Shown one piece after another: positions 19,174 through 27,450 of a stretch of DNA of 64,000 bases (positions are counted from its first letter, which is position 1; each line of letters begins with the position of its first letter). Where the stretch lies: contig JBFIHA010000013.1 of the NCBI GenBank assembly GCA_041602035.1, positions 1,464-65,463 on the forward strand, read 5' to 3'. Both the position numbers and the translations under genes were made by a program. The stretch comes from Gemmatimonadales bacterium. GTDB taxonomy: Bacteria; Gemmatimonadota; Gemmatimonadetes; Gemmatimonadales; GWC2-71-9. The notes under the pieces are model-generated. The model ran no database searches, was not told the DNA's origin, and saw only the letters and a program-made list of their open reading frames with translations.

Positions 19174-19683
19174 ATGGACTGCCCGTATTGCCAGCACCCG
19201 ATCGGTGTCCACTCGCGCTTTTGCGACGAGTGTGGCAAACCCGTGGTGACCGAAAACGTGTCCGTTCAGCAGGCCATACTCAGCGGCGAGTTCGACACCG
19301 GCGCGTTGGCCCGCCTCCGCAAGGAGAAGCGGCAGCTCGCGGAGCGACTCAACACGTTGCTCGAAGGCGCCTTGGGCCGCGTGCTCACCGACGACGAGCG
19401 GCGCTCTTGGGAGGTGCTCTATACCGAGTGGAAGACGATCACCGACGAGCTGACCGCACGGATGAACTATCTCGAAGTCCGGCAGGAGTCGGATCGGCGC
19501 CAGGCAGAGCGGCGCCAGGCGGAGCGGCGGAAGGAGTATCACGCGCTCGATTTCGGGGACCGCCGGTCGGGCCGCGATCGTCGCGTGGACGAGCGGCGTA
19601 GCGGCGTGGATCGACGCAATCCCTTCACCGATCCGGATTCCGGTCCCGGGCCCACCCACACTCCGCTGCCCGACGGAGGCTGA
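19174..19683 (+). CDS. Zinc-ribbon protein with a coiled-coil region and a C-terminal [DE]RR pentapeptide-repeat tail
   Basis: ATG 8 nt after the GH57 stop. MDCPYCQ...CDECG zinc ribbon. Tail reads DRRQAERRQAERRKE...DRRSGRDRRVDERRSGVDRR. Confidence 0.65.
   Translation: MDCPYCQHPIGVHSRFCDECGKPVVTENVSVQQAILSGEFDTGALARLRKEKRQLAERLNTLLEGALGRVLTDDERRSWEVLYTEWKTITDELTARMNYLEVRQESDRRQAERRQAERRKEYHALDFGDRRSGRDRRVDERRSGVDRRNPFTDPDSGPGPTHTPLPDGG
19495..19524 (+). repeat. Two tandem 15-nt units (CGGCGCCAGGCrGAG), plus a partial third, encoding the RRQAE repeats
   Basis: Read directly. Lies inside CDS 19174..19683. Confidence 0.8.
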
Positions 19684-19776
19684 CCGCCGAAACACCCTGC
19701 CCTTCACCCCCGTAGTGCCTCGAGACGGCGCGACGGTTCGCGGTCGTCGTGCATCGCTCCTTGAAGAGAGGAGCCT

Positions 19777-22194
19777 GTGACATCTCGGCACGTGACATCG
19801 CTTGCGGTGGGACTGGGAAATCGGCTCGCCCGACTCCAGCGGCACTGGCGTCGCCACCGCAGGTCCATCGTGCTCGGCAGTGTCATTGGGCTACCGCTCG
19901 TCCTCGGCACCGCCGTCGTGCTCGAGGCCGCGTTCCGCGCTCGGATCGACGATTCGAGATTCCACCGTCCGGCCCGGATCTACGCGCGGCCCCTGGTCAT
20001 CGAGCGGGGCGGCGAGCTCGATCGCACGCGGACCGAGGCGGCCCTCGACCGGTTGGGGTACCGTCGCACCCGCGCCAGACGGGTTGGCGTGGGCGAGTAC
20101 GCCGCCGGATCGTGGGAATGGGTGATCGGCCGCCGACCGTTTCGCTTTGCCGACCGCCTCGATCCGGGTGGCATCGTCACCGTTCGGCTGGGCTACTGGG
20201 GCGAGGTCAGCGACATTCGTGATGCGGATGGCATCCGGCACGACTACGTGGCACTGGAGCCCGAGATCATCCGCACGTTCGGTGGTCCTTCCCGGGCCGA
20301 CTGGACTCCGGTCGCGCTGACAGAAGTCCCCCCCTCCCTCGTGGCGGCCATTCTCACCGTGGAAGATCGGCGCTTCTACGAGCACCACGGTCTCGATGCT
20401 CGGAGGATCGTCGGGGCAGCGGTGGCAAACGTCCGGGCGGGCCGGATCGTTGAAGGTGCCAGCACGCTCACGCAGCAGTTGGCGAAGAACCTGTTTCTCT
20501 CCTCACGACGATCGGTGGTGCGCAAGCTGCGCGAAGCAGCCATGGCGACTGCGCTCGAGCTCCGGTACACCAAGGCTCAGATTCTCGAGGCCTATCTGAA
20601 CCACGTCTACCTGGGTCAGGACGGCGGACTCGCGATCCGCGGGGTCGGCCGAGCCGCGCGGTTCTACTTCGACAAGGATGTGAGTCAGCTCGACCTGTCC
20701 GAGGCGGCGCTGCTCGCCGCCATCATTCGCGGGCCAAGTCTCTACTCGCCATTCCGTCAGCCGGAACGTGCCCGTCTGCGCCGCGACCTCGTGCTGCAAC
20801 TCATGCGCGACCGCGAGGAGATCACCGAACGAGCGTTTCGCTCGGCGAGCAGCGCGTCGCTCGGCGTGCGACGTCAGCCAGAGTCGGCACCGGAGGCACG
20901 GTACTTTGCCGACTATGTCGCCAGCCGACTCGCCACTGCCCGGGGAGCGCACGTGCTGGAGCGTGGTGTGGCCGTGTTCACCACGCTCGATCCCCGCCTA
21001 CAACAGCTGGCTGAAACGGTCGTGCGGAACGAGCTGCGACGCCTGGAACGCCAGTATCCACGACTAGCCAGAAACCCCACACCGCTCCAGGCAGCCCTCG
21101 TGGCGACCGACCCGCGCACCGGAGAGATCCTGGCCATGGTGGGCGGGCGTGACTACGGCACGTCGCAGTTCAACCGTGCGGTGCTGGCCCAACGGCAGCC
21201 CGGCAGCGCGTTCAAGCCGATCGTCGCCCTCGCAGCACTCGCCCGGCCCGAGAACGACGGGTGGGACGATCCGACCTTCACCCTGGCCTCCACCCTCCGG
21301 GACGAGCCCTTGGCCGTCGAGACACCGGCAGGGGTATGGCAGCCGGTGAACTACGACCGCGAGTATCGCGGCTCGCTCACGCTACGGGAGGCGCTCGAGC
21401 GGTCACTCAACGTCCCCTTCGCACGCCTCGGCCTGGCAATCGGTCCGGAGCGGATCGTGCGCACCGCTCGCAAGCTCGGCATCCAGAGTGCGCTCCCGGC
21501 GGTCCCGAGCCTCGCCCTCGGGGCGGCAGACGTGACACCGCTCGAGATGGCGCGCGCGTTCGGGGTGTTCGCCGCGGGCGGGTATCGTGCTGACCCGCAG
21601 CACACGCTGGCCGTGATCGACGAGGATGGGACGGTGCTCGAGCAACTGACGCCCCGCGGTGAGCGCGTGTTTGACGAGGCGGAGGCGTACCTCGTGACCT
21701 CAGCCTTGCGGGGGGCCGTGGAGCGCGGGACCGGGCGTGGACTCCGCGCGTTGGGCGTGCGTGGGCCCGTGGCCGCCAAATCGGGCACGACGAACGACTT
21801 TCGCGACGGGTGGTTCATCGGGTATACGCCGACATTGGCGGTGGCCGTCTGGGTGGGTTTCGACGACGGACAGAGCATCGGACTCGCCGGATCGCGGGTC
21901 GCGATGCCCATCTTCGGTCGATTTCTCGCCGGTGCCACGACCGATGTGTCTCGCGATTTCACCATGCCCGATGGACTGGAGATCGTAGAGATCGATGCCG
22001 CAACCGGCCTCCGGGCGGGCCCCGGATGCTGGGGGGAACCCGAGGTCTTTCTCCGAGGCACCGCACCGACCGCCAGCTGCTCGCCGTATTGGACCGCGTC
22101 CCGAGCGGGCCGCTCACAGGATTCGGGGCTCCGCCGCTACGTCCGCTCGCTCATCCGGGAGCTGTCGCGACGGCTGAGCGGCGAACGCCGGTAA
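19777..22194 (+). CDS. mrcB: Class A penicillin-binding protein, PBP1B-type (TM, UB2H-like insert, GT51 transglycosylase, transpeptidase)
   Basis: GTG start after an AGAGAGGAG RBS. EDRRFYEHHGLD and GASTLTQQLAKN (GT51 motifs). SAFKP (SxxK), SLN and KSGTT transpeptidase motifs. Confidence 0.88.
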   Translation: MTSRHVTSLAVGLGNRLARLQRHWRRHRRSIVLGSVIGLPLVLGTAVVLEAAFRARIDDSRFHRPARIYARPLVIERGGELDRTRTEAALDRLGYRRTRARRVGVGEYAAGSWEWVIGRRPFRFADRLDPGGIVTVRLGYWGEVSDIRDADGIRHDYVALEPEIIRTFGGPSRADWTPVALTEVPPSLVAAILTVEDRRFYEHHGLDARRIVGAAVANVRAGRIVEGASTLTQQLAKNLFLSSRRSVVRKLREAAMATALELRYTKAQILEAYLNHVYLGQDGGLAIRGVGRAARFYFDKDVSQLDLSEAALLAAIIRGPSLYSPFRQPERARLRRDLVLQLMRDREEITERAFRSASSASLGVRRQPESAPEARYFADYVASRLATARGAHVLERGVAVFTTLDPRLQQLAETVVRNELRRLERQYPRLARNPTPLQAALVATDPRTGEILAMVGGRDYGTSQFNRAVLAQRQPGSAFKPIVALAALARPENDGWDDPTFTLASTLRDEPLAVETPAGVWQPVNYDREYRGSLTLREALERSLNVPFARLGLAIGPERIVRTARKLGIQSALPAVPSLALGAADVTPLEMARAFGVFAAGGYRADPQHTLAVIDEDGTVLEQLTPRGERVFDEAEAYLVTSALRGAVERGTGRGLRALGVRGPVAAKSGTTNDFRDGWFIGYTPTLAVAVWVGFDDGQSIGLAGSRVAMPIFGRFLAGATTDVSRDFTMPDGLEIVEIDAATGLRAGPGCWGEPEVFLRGTAPTASCSPYWTASRAGRSQDSGLRRYVRSLIRELSRRLSGERR

Positions 22195-22207
22195 TTCTCA
22201 GCAGCTG

Positions 22208-22237
22208 TTGACGGCCCCGCCCCACCGATCGTAATTG
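22208..22237 (+). promoter_or_regulatory. Sigma-70-like promoter candidate: TTGACG, 18 nt spacer, TAATTG
   Basis: Hexamers read directly about 35 nt upstream of the ATG at 22270. GAAAGGG RBS-like sequence at 22253-22259. Confidence 0.35.
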
Positions 22238-22269
22238 AGCCATCACCCACCGAGAAAGGGCGCCCGGCC

Positions 22270-22905
22270 ATGCGCATCGGACAGTCACTGGGCATCCTTG
22301 GAGTCCTCGCCGCGGCCAGCGCTGCGGCCATTCTCCTGGTCGGCGATCGCGGGCGAAGCCTCCGGCTCGGTCCCTTGGACGGGGCCGAACTCCCGCCGAT
22401 CCAGCTCGACCGCGTCGCCATAGGGAGCACGGCCCCCGACTTCAGGCTCCGCGCCCTGGACGGGTCGACGGTTGCCCTGTCCGAGTACCGTGGGGCAAAG
22501 AACGTCGTCCTGGTGTTCTACCGCGGGCACTGGTGACCCCACTGCGCTGCTCAGCTCGGGAAGCTGAAAGGGCTGCTGACGGAGGAACAACGGGCATCGA
22601 CGGAGATTCTGGCCGTTTCCGTCGACTCCCCCGCCGATCTCCGCAGAATGGTGGACCGCATTTCCGCCGACGACAGCGTGTTGCCCGACTTCCCGTTTCT
22701 CACCGATCCGGGCCACCGAGTCATCGATCGCTATGGGCTGTTCAACCAGGACGATCCGCGCGGCCGGGAAATCACCCATCCTGCCACATTCGTGATCGAT
22801 CGCGCAGGCGTCGTGCGGTGGCGGTTCGTGGAAGTCGACTACAAGATCCGGCCGAGTAACGAGGAAATCCTCGGCGTCCTGGAGCGGCTGCCGCGCGAGC
22901 CATGA
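22270..22905 (+). CDS. Membrane-anchored AhpC/TSA-redoxin (thioredoxin-fold) protein with an in-frame TGA at 22534-22536; candidate selenocysteine (UxxC) protein, alternatively a pseudogene
   Basis: ORFs 22270..22536 and 22648..22905 are in the same frame with no other stop between them. Read-through gives VVLVFYRGHW-[TGA]-PHCAAQLGKL, so the TGA sits at the first Cys of the W-C-x-x-C redox motif. Confidence 0.7.
22551..22567 (+). other. Candidate bacterial SECIS-like hairpin: 6-bp stem UCAGCU/AGCUGA with loop CGGGA, starting 14 nt after the UGA
   Basis: Base pairing worked out by hand. G-containing apical loop about 21 nt downstream of the UGA. The stem is short, so this is only suggestive. 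Confidence 0.4.
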
Positions 22906-22990
22906 GCCCAGGCGTGTCAACGGCGTGCAGCCTTGCCCGCGCCTCGGCTGACGGACAACTTGGGGTTTGACCGTCTTCGTCGGGAAACCC

Positions 22991-23359
22991 ATGAGCGCCT
23001 TAGCCGAGAGCTACACGCAGTTGTCCGCTAGGCTTCGCTCCCTGCTCGAAGCACGCGGGTTCGAGGTGAGCGACGAGCACCACCATGCCGACGCGTCAGG
23101 AGCGAAGTGCACGCTGCTCACAAAGGGGGCGGAGTCGTTCCGTCTGGTGTGGGACGCCGGCCAAAGCACGTTCCGCGTCGACTACTGCCCACGACGCCGC
23201 GACCGTTCGTGTCCGGCGTGGCACACCATGGTGGAAACCCCGTTTTCCCTTGGGGAGAGGGCGGGCCGGGAGGTCCAAGCCCTCGCTGCACAGATGGAGC
23301 AGACCCTGGCGCACCACTTTGCCGCTGCGTCCCTTTCGGAGACCTCCGACGGCGCGTGA
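22991..23359 (+). CDS. Hypothetical protein
   Basis: ORF with high-GC third-position bias. No recognisable motif. Start uncertain (TTG at 22967 or ATG at 22991). Confidence 0.4.
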   Translation: MSALAESYTQLSARLRSLLEARGFEVSDEHHHADASGAKCTLLTKGAESFRLVWDAGQSTFRVDYCPRRRDRSCPAWHTMVETPFSLGERAGREVQALAAQMEQTLAHHFAAASLSETSDGA

Positions 23360-23419
23360 TGCAGGTCATGCCGGAGTCGTGACCAACATCACAAGTCCTT
23401 TATTTGCAACAACTTACGC

Positions 23420-23448
23420 TTGACAACTCTGCCCGAGGCCCTTAACAT
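23420..23448 (+). promoter_or_regulatory. Sigma-70-like promoter: TTGACA, 17 nt spacer, TAACAT. A perfect 10-bp palindrome CAGACGTCTG at 23459-23468 sits just downstream.
   Basis: Consensus -35 element and 17-nt spacing in a locally AT-richer segment, about 85 nt upstream of the ATG at 23534. Confidence 0.5.
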
Positions 23449-23533
23449 CCGGGGTAGGCAGACGTCTGACGTTCACGCGCCCCGGCGGTGTCCGCCCCGC
23501 GGCACGAACGTCCTTCAGCTCAAGGAGTGGGCA

Positions 23534-24283
23534 ATGCGGTTCAATCGAGGATGGAGAGGGCTGGCGCTCCTGGCCGGGCTGTCCCTGGCAGTCGCTTGTA
23601 GCGACACCGGGGCGCCGTCGGCCGAAGAGGAAGCCCAGATCACGCAGGACGTGATGGCCTACGCGGCCGATGTCACGTCGGACGACGTCATCATGATGAC
23701 CCTGCTCGCCGACGGGGTGTTAGGGTCGGCACCGTCCGCGGCACCGCCGTTCGACGGAAACGTCAGCTATTCGCGGTCGGTCACCTTCTACGACGAGAAT
23801 GACGGCGTCCAAGATGCCTACGATCCGTTGCTCACGGCCAAGGTGAACATGGTCGTGGACTTCGAGGGCTCGCGCAGCTGGACCGGCGATCGCGGGACCA
23901 TGTCGGTTACCGTGGCCCGCCACCGCGACGTCACCGTTTCCAATCTGCTTGGTGAAGAAACCGAGCGAATCTGGGACGGCGCGGGGAACTCGGACGTGAA
24001 TCGCGTGCGACAGTCGGACGAGTTCGGTGAGCGCGTGTACGACTTCTCGGCCAGCACCGCCGTTGCGGCCGTAGTGATCCCGGTCCCGCGTGGAAGCGGA
24101 TGGCCCCTCTCGGGCTCCATCACCCGACACGTGACCGTCGAGATCGTGTCCGGCCTGGGCGATATGATGACACGCTCGCGCACCGTCATGGTCGAGTTCA
24201 ACGGAACCCAGTTCGTACCCATTACGATCAACGATCTGACCTGCACGCTGGACCTAGCGATGCGGTCGGTGAGCTGTGACTGA
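23534..24283 (+). CDS. Hypothetical lipoprotein
   Basis: AAGGAG RBS at 23522-23527. Signal peptide with lipobox-like LSLAVAC. No family recognised. Confidence 0.65.
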   Translation: MRFNRGWRGLALLAGLSLAVACSDTGAPSAEEEAQITQDVMAYAADVTSDDVIMMTLLADGVLGSAPSAAPPFDGNVSYSRSVTFYDENDGVQDAYDPLLTAKVNMVVDFEGSRSWTGDRGTMSVTVARHRDVTVSNLLGEETERIWDGAGNSDVNRVRQSDEFGERVYDFSASTAVAAVVIPVPRGSGWPLSGSITRHVTVEIVSGLGDMMTRSRTVMVEFNGTQFVPITINDLTCTLDLAMRSVSCD

Positions 24284-24319
24284 CGCGACATAGTGGCGCG
24301 GCACACGGCACCGTGATGG

Positions 24320-24348
24320 AACGGGTGGGCTTCGCGCCCACCCGTTTT
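24320..24348 (+). terminator. Rho-independent terminator: 11-bp stem AACGGGTGGGC/GCCCACCCGTT, loop TTCGC, then a T run
   Basis: Read directly, 37 nt after the stop at 24283. Confidence 0.75.
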
Positions 24349-24431
24349 CGTGTCGGCCGATTTTGCAAACCCCGGTGGGCTGCATACCTTTGCGCAGCAC
24401 CATTCGCGAGCTGGTGACCCGGGACGCGACC

Positions 24432-24827
24432 ATGGCGGCTCAACCAAAGGAATCCGGGAAGGTTCCCAAGCGGTTTCTGCCCGAGCGGCGGGTCGCCGAG
24501 CGGCGGGTCGCACCGGATCGGCGCGAGGCGGACCGGCGCGTGATCGACATGGCCGTCGAGCGCGAGCGGCGCAGGGACAGCGACCGACGGCGTCTTTGGG
24601 ACCGGCGGATGGTGGCGGAGCGGCGGTTCCCCCCTAATGATCAGTTTTCGTGGGACGACACCCTCACGATCCACCGCATGCTCGCCGACCCCACGCTCGA
24701 CGTCTCCTGTCCACGCTGTCACGGCCGGCTGCTGCTCGGACCATCGGACGCGGGGGCGGAGCTCCCGACCCGCGAGGTGCATTGCACGTCGTGCCGCTTC
24801 AGCGTGGCGATCGTCGACGACGGTTAG
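24432..24827 (+). CDS. Protein with an N-terminal [DE]RR pentapeptide-repeat region fused to a C-terminal zinc-ribbon domain
   Basis: ERRVAERRVAPDRREADRRV...ERERRRDSDRRRLWDRRMVAERR, followed by FSWDD...CPRC...CTSC. The C-terminal domain aligns with the protein at 9479..9715. Confidence 0.6.
   Translation: MAAQPKESGKVPKRFLPERRVAERRVAPDRREADRRVIDMAVERERRRDSDRRRLWDRRMVAERRFPPNDQFSWDDTLTIHRMLADPTLDVSCPRCHGRLLLGPSDAGAELPTREVHCTSCRFSVAIVDDG
24483..24512 (+). repeat. Two tandem 15-nt units (GAGCGGCGGGTCGCN) encoding ERRVA-ERRVA
   Basis: Read directly. Lies inside CDS 24432..24827. Confidence 0.8.
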
Positions 24828-25711
24828 GGCGCACCCTCCCCTTTCCCCAACACCCGGTTCAACACCCCGGCCAACCTGATGCCTGCCTGACGCAGGCGTC
24901 GTTCCATGATCGGGGTCATCTCGTTGACGAAGTCCCATCCCAGATCGGGCTCGCGGCCGGCGGCCACCCCGACACGTTGGTACATGGCCTCTCGGATCGC
25001 CCGCGACTCCTCGATCCAATCCACATAGCCCGAGTCGAGCCATGCATGCATCTCGGCGGCCGTCGCGTGGTCGAGGAAGGCCACGTACTCCGAATAGCTG
25101 AGCGCTTGATGCTCGAGGAGATCGGAATCCCACACGCGGTGGAGATTGGTGGGCGTGCCGAACCACCGTACCCGCACGAGGTTGCCACCTCGGTCAGCGG
25201 CGAGGCCGGCGTGGAGCGGCTGGTGTACGTCACCCACGAAGTGCACGAGGAACTTGAGGGCCATCGCCCGCTCCTCGGCGGTGCGGTCGGGATCCGCGAG
25301 AATGCGCTCGTTGAACTGGAGGGCTTGCACGAGGTCGCCGGGAACGGTGAAGGCCGTCTCGCGATACGCTTCTCCCTCGGGCGTATTCACATAGTGCCAG
25401 GGCGCCGTGTGCCGGCCCTCCGGTGTGCCACGATACCAGTCCGCCCAATTGCTGATCTGTGCCAGGGGGGTGGCGTCGAGCAGGTCTCGAACACGCGCGT
25501 GCGCGAACGGAGTGAGGTGGCGCTCGGCAATGGTCGCCACAATGCGGTGCCCGTTCAGCCCCCACAGCCCGGGTGGGGGCCCGAGTCCGTCGACGGCGGA
25601 GCTTGCCGAGCAACCGGCTCCGAGGGCGGCCGCGGTAGCCGGGATTGTCGTCCCCACGGCGGCTAGTAGTGCGGTGACGCGGACCCATCGACTCGCGAGA
25701 CGGAGAGGCAT
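24824..25711 (-). CDS. Secreted S1/P1-family nuclease
   Basis: Signal peptide, then WGLNGHRIVA, WHYVN, HFVGDVHQPLH and NLHRVWDSDLL (zinc-ligand motifs of the S1/P1 family). Its stop overlaps the convergent stop of the upstream gene. Confidence 0.88.
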   Translation of the reverse strand: MPLRLASRWVRVTALLAAVGTTIPATAAALGAGCSASSAVDGLGPPPGLWGLNGHRIVATIAERHLTPFAHARVRDLLDATPLAQISNWADWYRGTPEGRHTAPWHYVNTPEGEAYRETAFTVPGDLVQALQFNERILADPDRTAEERAMALKFLVHFVGDVHQPLHAGLAADRGGNLVRVRWFGTPTNLHRVWDSDLLEHQALSYSEYVAFLDHATAAEMHAWLDSGYVDWIEESRAIREAMYQRVGVAAGREPDLGWDFVNEMTPIMERRLRQAGIRLAGVLNRVLGKGEGAP

Positions 25712-25835
25712 GCGGCAACCTTGATCGAGGTACGTCGGGTAATATGCGGGGAGGTCCCCCGAGGCGGAGCGCCCGCCCTAGTCGCGACCCGTTCCGCGGG
25801 ACACGTTTCCGGCAGCATCCACAGGAGGACGTCGC

Positions 25836-26894
25836 ATGTTCCGTGGCCCAGTTGTGTTCGTCGCTGCCTCCTTGCTGAGCGCTCCCTCCGCGCTGGGACA
25901 GGAGCCCACCACCTTCACCGTCGGTCCGCTCAGGGTCGAGCGAGGCGCGATGGTATCTGGCCACGTCCCGGTGGCTGCCGGGGTCGATAGCGGAACCACC
26001 ATCCCCATCACCGTCGTCCACGGCGTTCGACCCGGGCCCGTGCTCGCCGCCATCGCGGGCACACACGGATACGAGTACCCTCCCATTCTCGCACTCCACC
26101 GCGTGCGGAAGGTGCTCGATCCATCGAGGCTCTCGGGCACGGTCATCCTGGTGCACATCGCCAACATGCCCTCATTCCTCGGGCGAACCGTCTACTACAG
26201 CCCCACCGACGGCAAGAATCTGAATCGCGTGTACCCGGGCACCCCGTCCGGCACCGTCAGCGAGCGCATTGCCCATGTCATCACGACCGAGGTGATCGAC
26301 CGAGCGGACTACGTCGTGGACATGCATGGCGGTGACGGCAACGAAGCCCTGCGTCCGTACACATATTGGATGTTGAGTGGAGACGCCCGCATCGATTCGC
26401 TCACCAAAGGCATGGTGATGGCCTTTGGGCTGGATCACATCGTGATTGATCGCGACCGCCCACGCGATCGCGGCGCGTCGGTCTACACGTCGAATACGGC
26501 GCTCACCCGCGGCAAGGCTGGCATTACGACCGAGACTGGCCAACTCGGCTCGGACGACCGCTCCTGGGTGGATCTCGCCGAACGGGGATTCTGGAATCTG
26601 CTCCGCCACGTCGGGATGGTGGAGGGAGGCGTCGAGCGACCTCGAGGCATCGTGTGGCTCGACGAGTACGAGGTCTTGCGCAGCCCGGTTGCCGGGGTAT
26701 TCCGCCCCGCCGTGCGCGACGGATATGCCATCGCCGAGGGAGGCCTGCTGGGGGTGATCGAGGACTTCTTCGGCGATCCGGTGCAGGAGGTGCGTGCGCC
26801 GTTCGCCGGGATCGTCACCTACGTACTCGGCACACCGCCCGTGAGTGTGGGCGAGCCCCTCGCCATGGTGAGCCGCATTGGGCGTAGCCCCTAG
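25836..26894 (+). CDS. Exported succinylglutamate desuccinylase/aspartoacylase (AstE/AspA, M14-like) family zinc hydrolase
   Basis: AGGAGG RBS. Signal peptide. AGTHGYEYPP and VVDMHGGD motifs. Confidence 0.75.
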   Translation: MFRGPVVFVAASLLSAPSALGQEPTTFTVGPLRVERGAMVSGHVPVAAGVDSGTTIPITVVHGVRPGPVLAAIAGTHGYEYPPILALHRVRKVLDPSRLSGTVILVHIANMPSFLGRTVYYSPTDGKNLNRVYPGTPSGTVSERIAHVITTEVIDRADYVVDMHGGDGNEALRPYTYWMLSGDARIDSLTKGMVMAFGLDHIVIDRDRPRDRGASVYTSNTALTRGKAGITTETGQLGSDDRSWVDLAERGFWNLLRHVGMVEGGVERPRGIVWLDEYEVLRSPVAGVFRPAVRDGYAIAEGGLLGVIEDFFGDPVQEVRAPFAGIVTYVLGTPPVSVGEPLAMVSRIGRSP

Positions 26895-26950
26895 TCGCCC
26901 GACCACGCTCCTCGGGGCCGCCGCGGCGCAACGACGGTCCCGACCCTGGT

Positions 26951-27175
26951 TCACCGAACCAGCTTGTTCTCGAGGATCTGGCGCAGCAGCAGCGCAATAT
27001 CCAGGATCAGCAGCACGACGGCCCAGTCAAGCAGCTGCCGCGGAAAGACGTCGATGATTGGGATGTTCGTACCCAGCAAATTGAGGGCCTTCTCCACGAT
27101 GGCGACACAAAACAAGAACACCGCCGTGGCGAGGAAGACCGGTGCCGTGAACACGTGCTCTGCTCGATCAGTCAT
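26951..27175 (-). CDS. Small two-TM membrane protein, hypothetical
   Basis: 74 aa from MTDRAEH, with two hydrophobic helices. Weak support. Confidence 0.4.
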   Translation of the reverse strand: MTDRAEHVFTAPVFLATAVFLFCVAIVEKALNLLGTNIPIIDVFPRQLLDWAVVLLILDIALLLRQILENKLVR

Positions 27176-27398
27176 CTGGGCCTCCCGTTGCCCACTGGTG
27201 TCAGCACTGCCAGGACTCGACCAACGACGTCGGCTCATGGCTCCACCCCGACTGGTTCGTCCGCGGATGTGATACAGACGACCGAGATCGTCATTGGTCC
27301 TCCACGGTCAATGTGGGGAGTCGATGCGAACGTGCAAAGATGGCCGTCCGGACCCGCGGGCGGGAGGGCCAGCGGCCGGGTCGACCCGGAAACATGGC

Positions 27399-27424
27399 GG
27401 GGCGCCGATCCGAACCGGCGCCCC
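27399..27424 (-). terminator. 9-bp GC hairpin (GGGGCGCCG/CGGCGCCCC) downstream of the M16 operon
   Basis: Read directly, about 27 nt after the stop at 27451 on the minus strand. The downstream T tract is only weak. Confidence 0.45.
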
Positions 27425-27450
27425 GACCATCCCGCGATTGCGGCCGCTGA

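Noticed and set aside
19495-19524. 15-nt tandem DNA repeats (also 24483..24512) as a possible CRISPR or VNTR locus
   Set aside because: There are only two to three units, no spacers, they are in frame inside CDSs, and they simply encode the RRQAE/ERRVA peptide repeats.
24432-25711. Zinc-ribbon/[DE]RR protein plus S1/P1 nuclease as a possible defence module
   Set aside because: The nuclease has a secretion signal and classic extracellular S1/P1 motifs. The two genes are convergent and not co-transcribed. No other defence-type genes (ATPases, methylases, toxins) are nearby.
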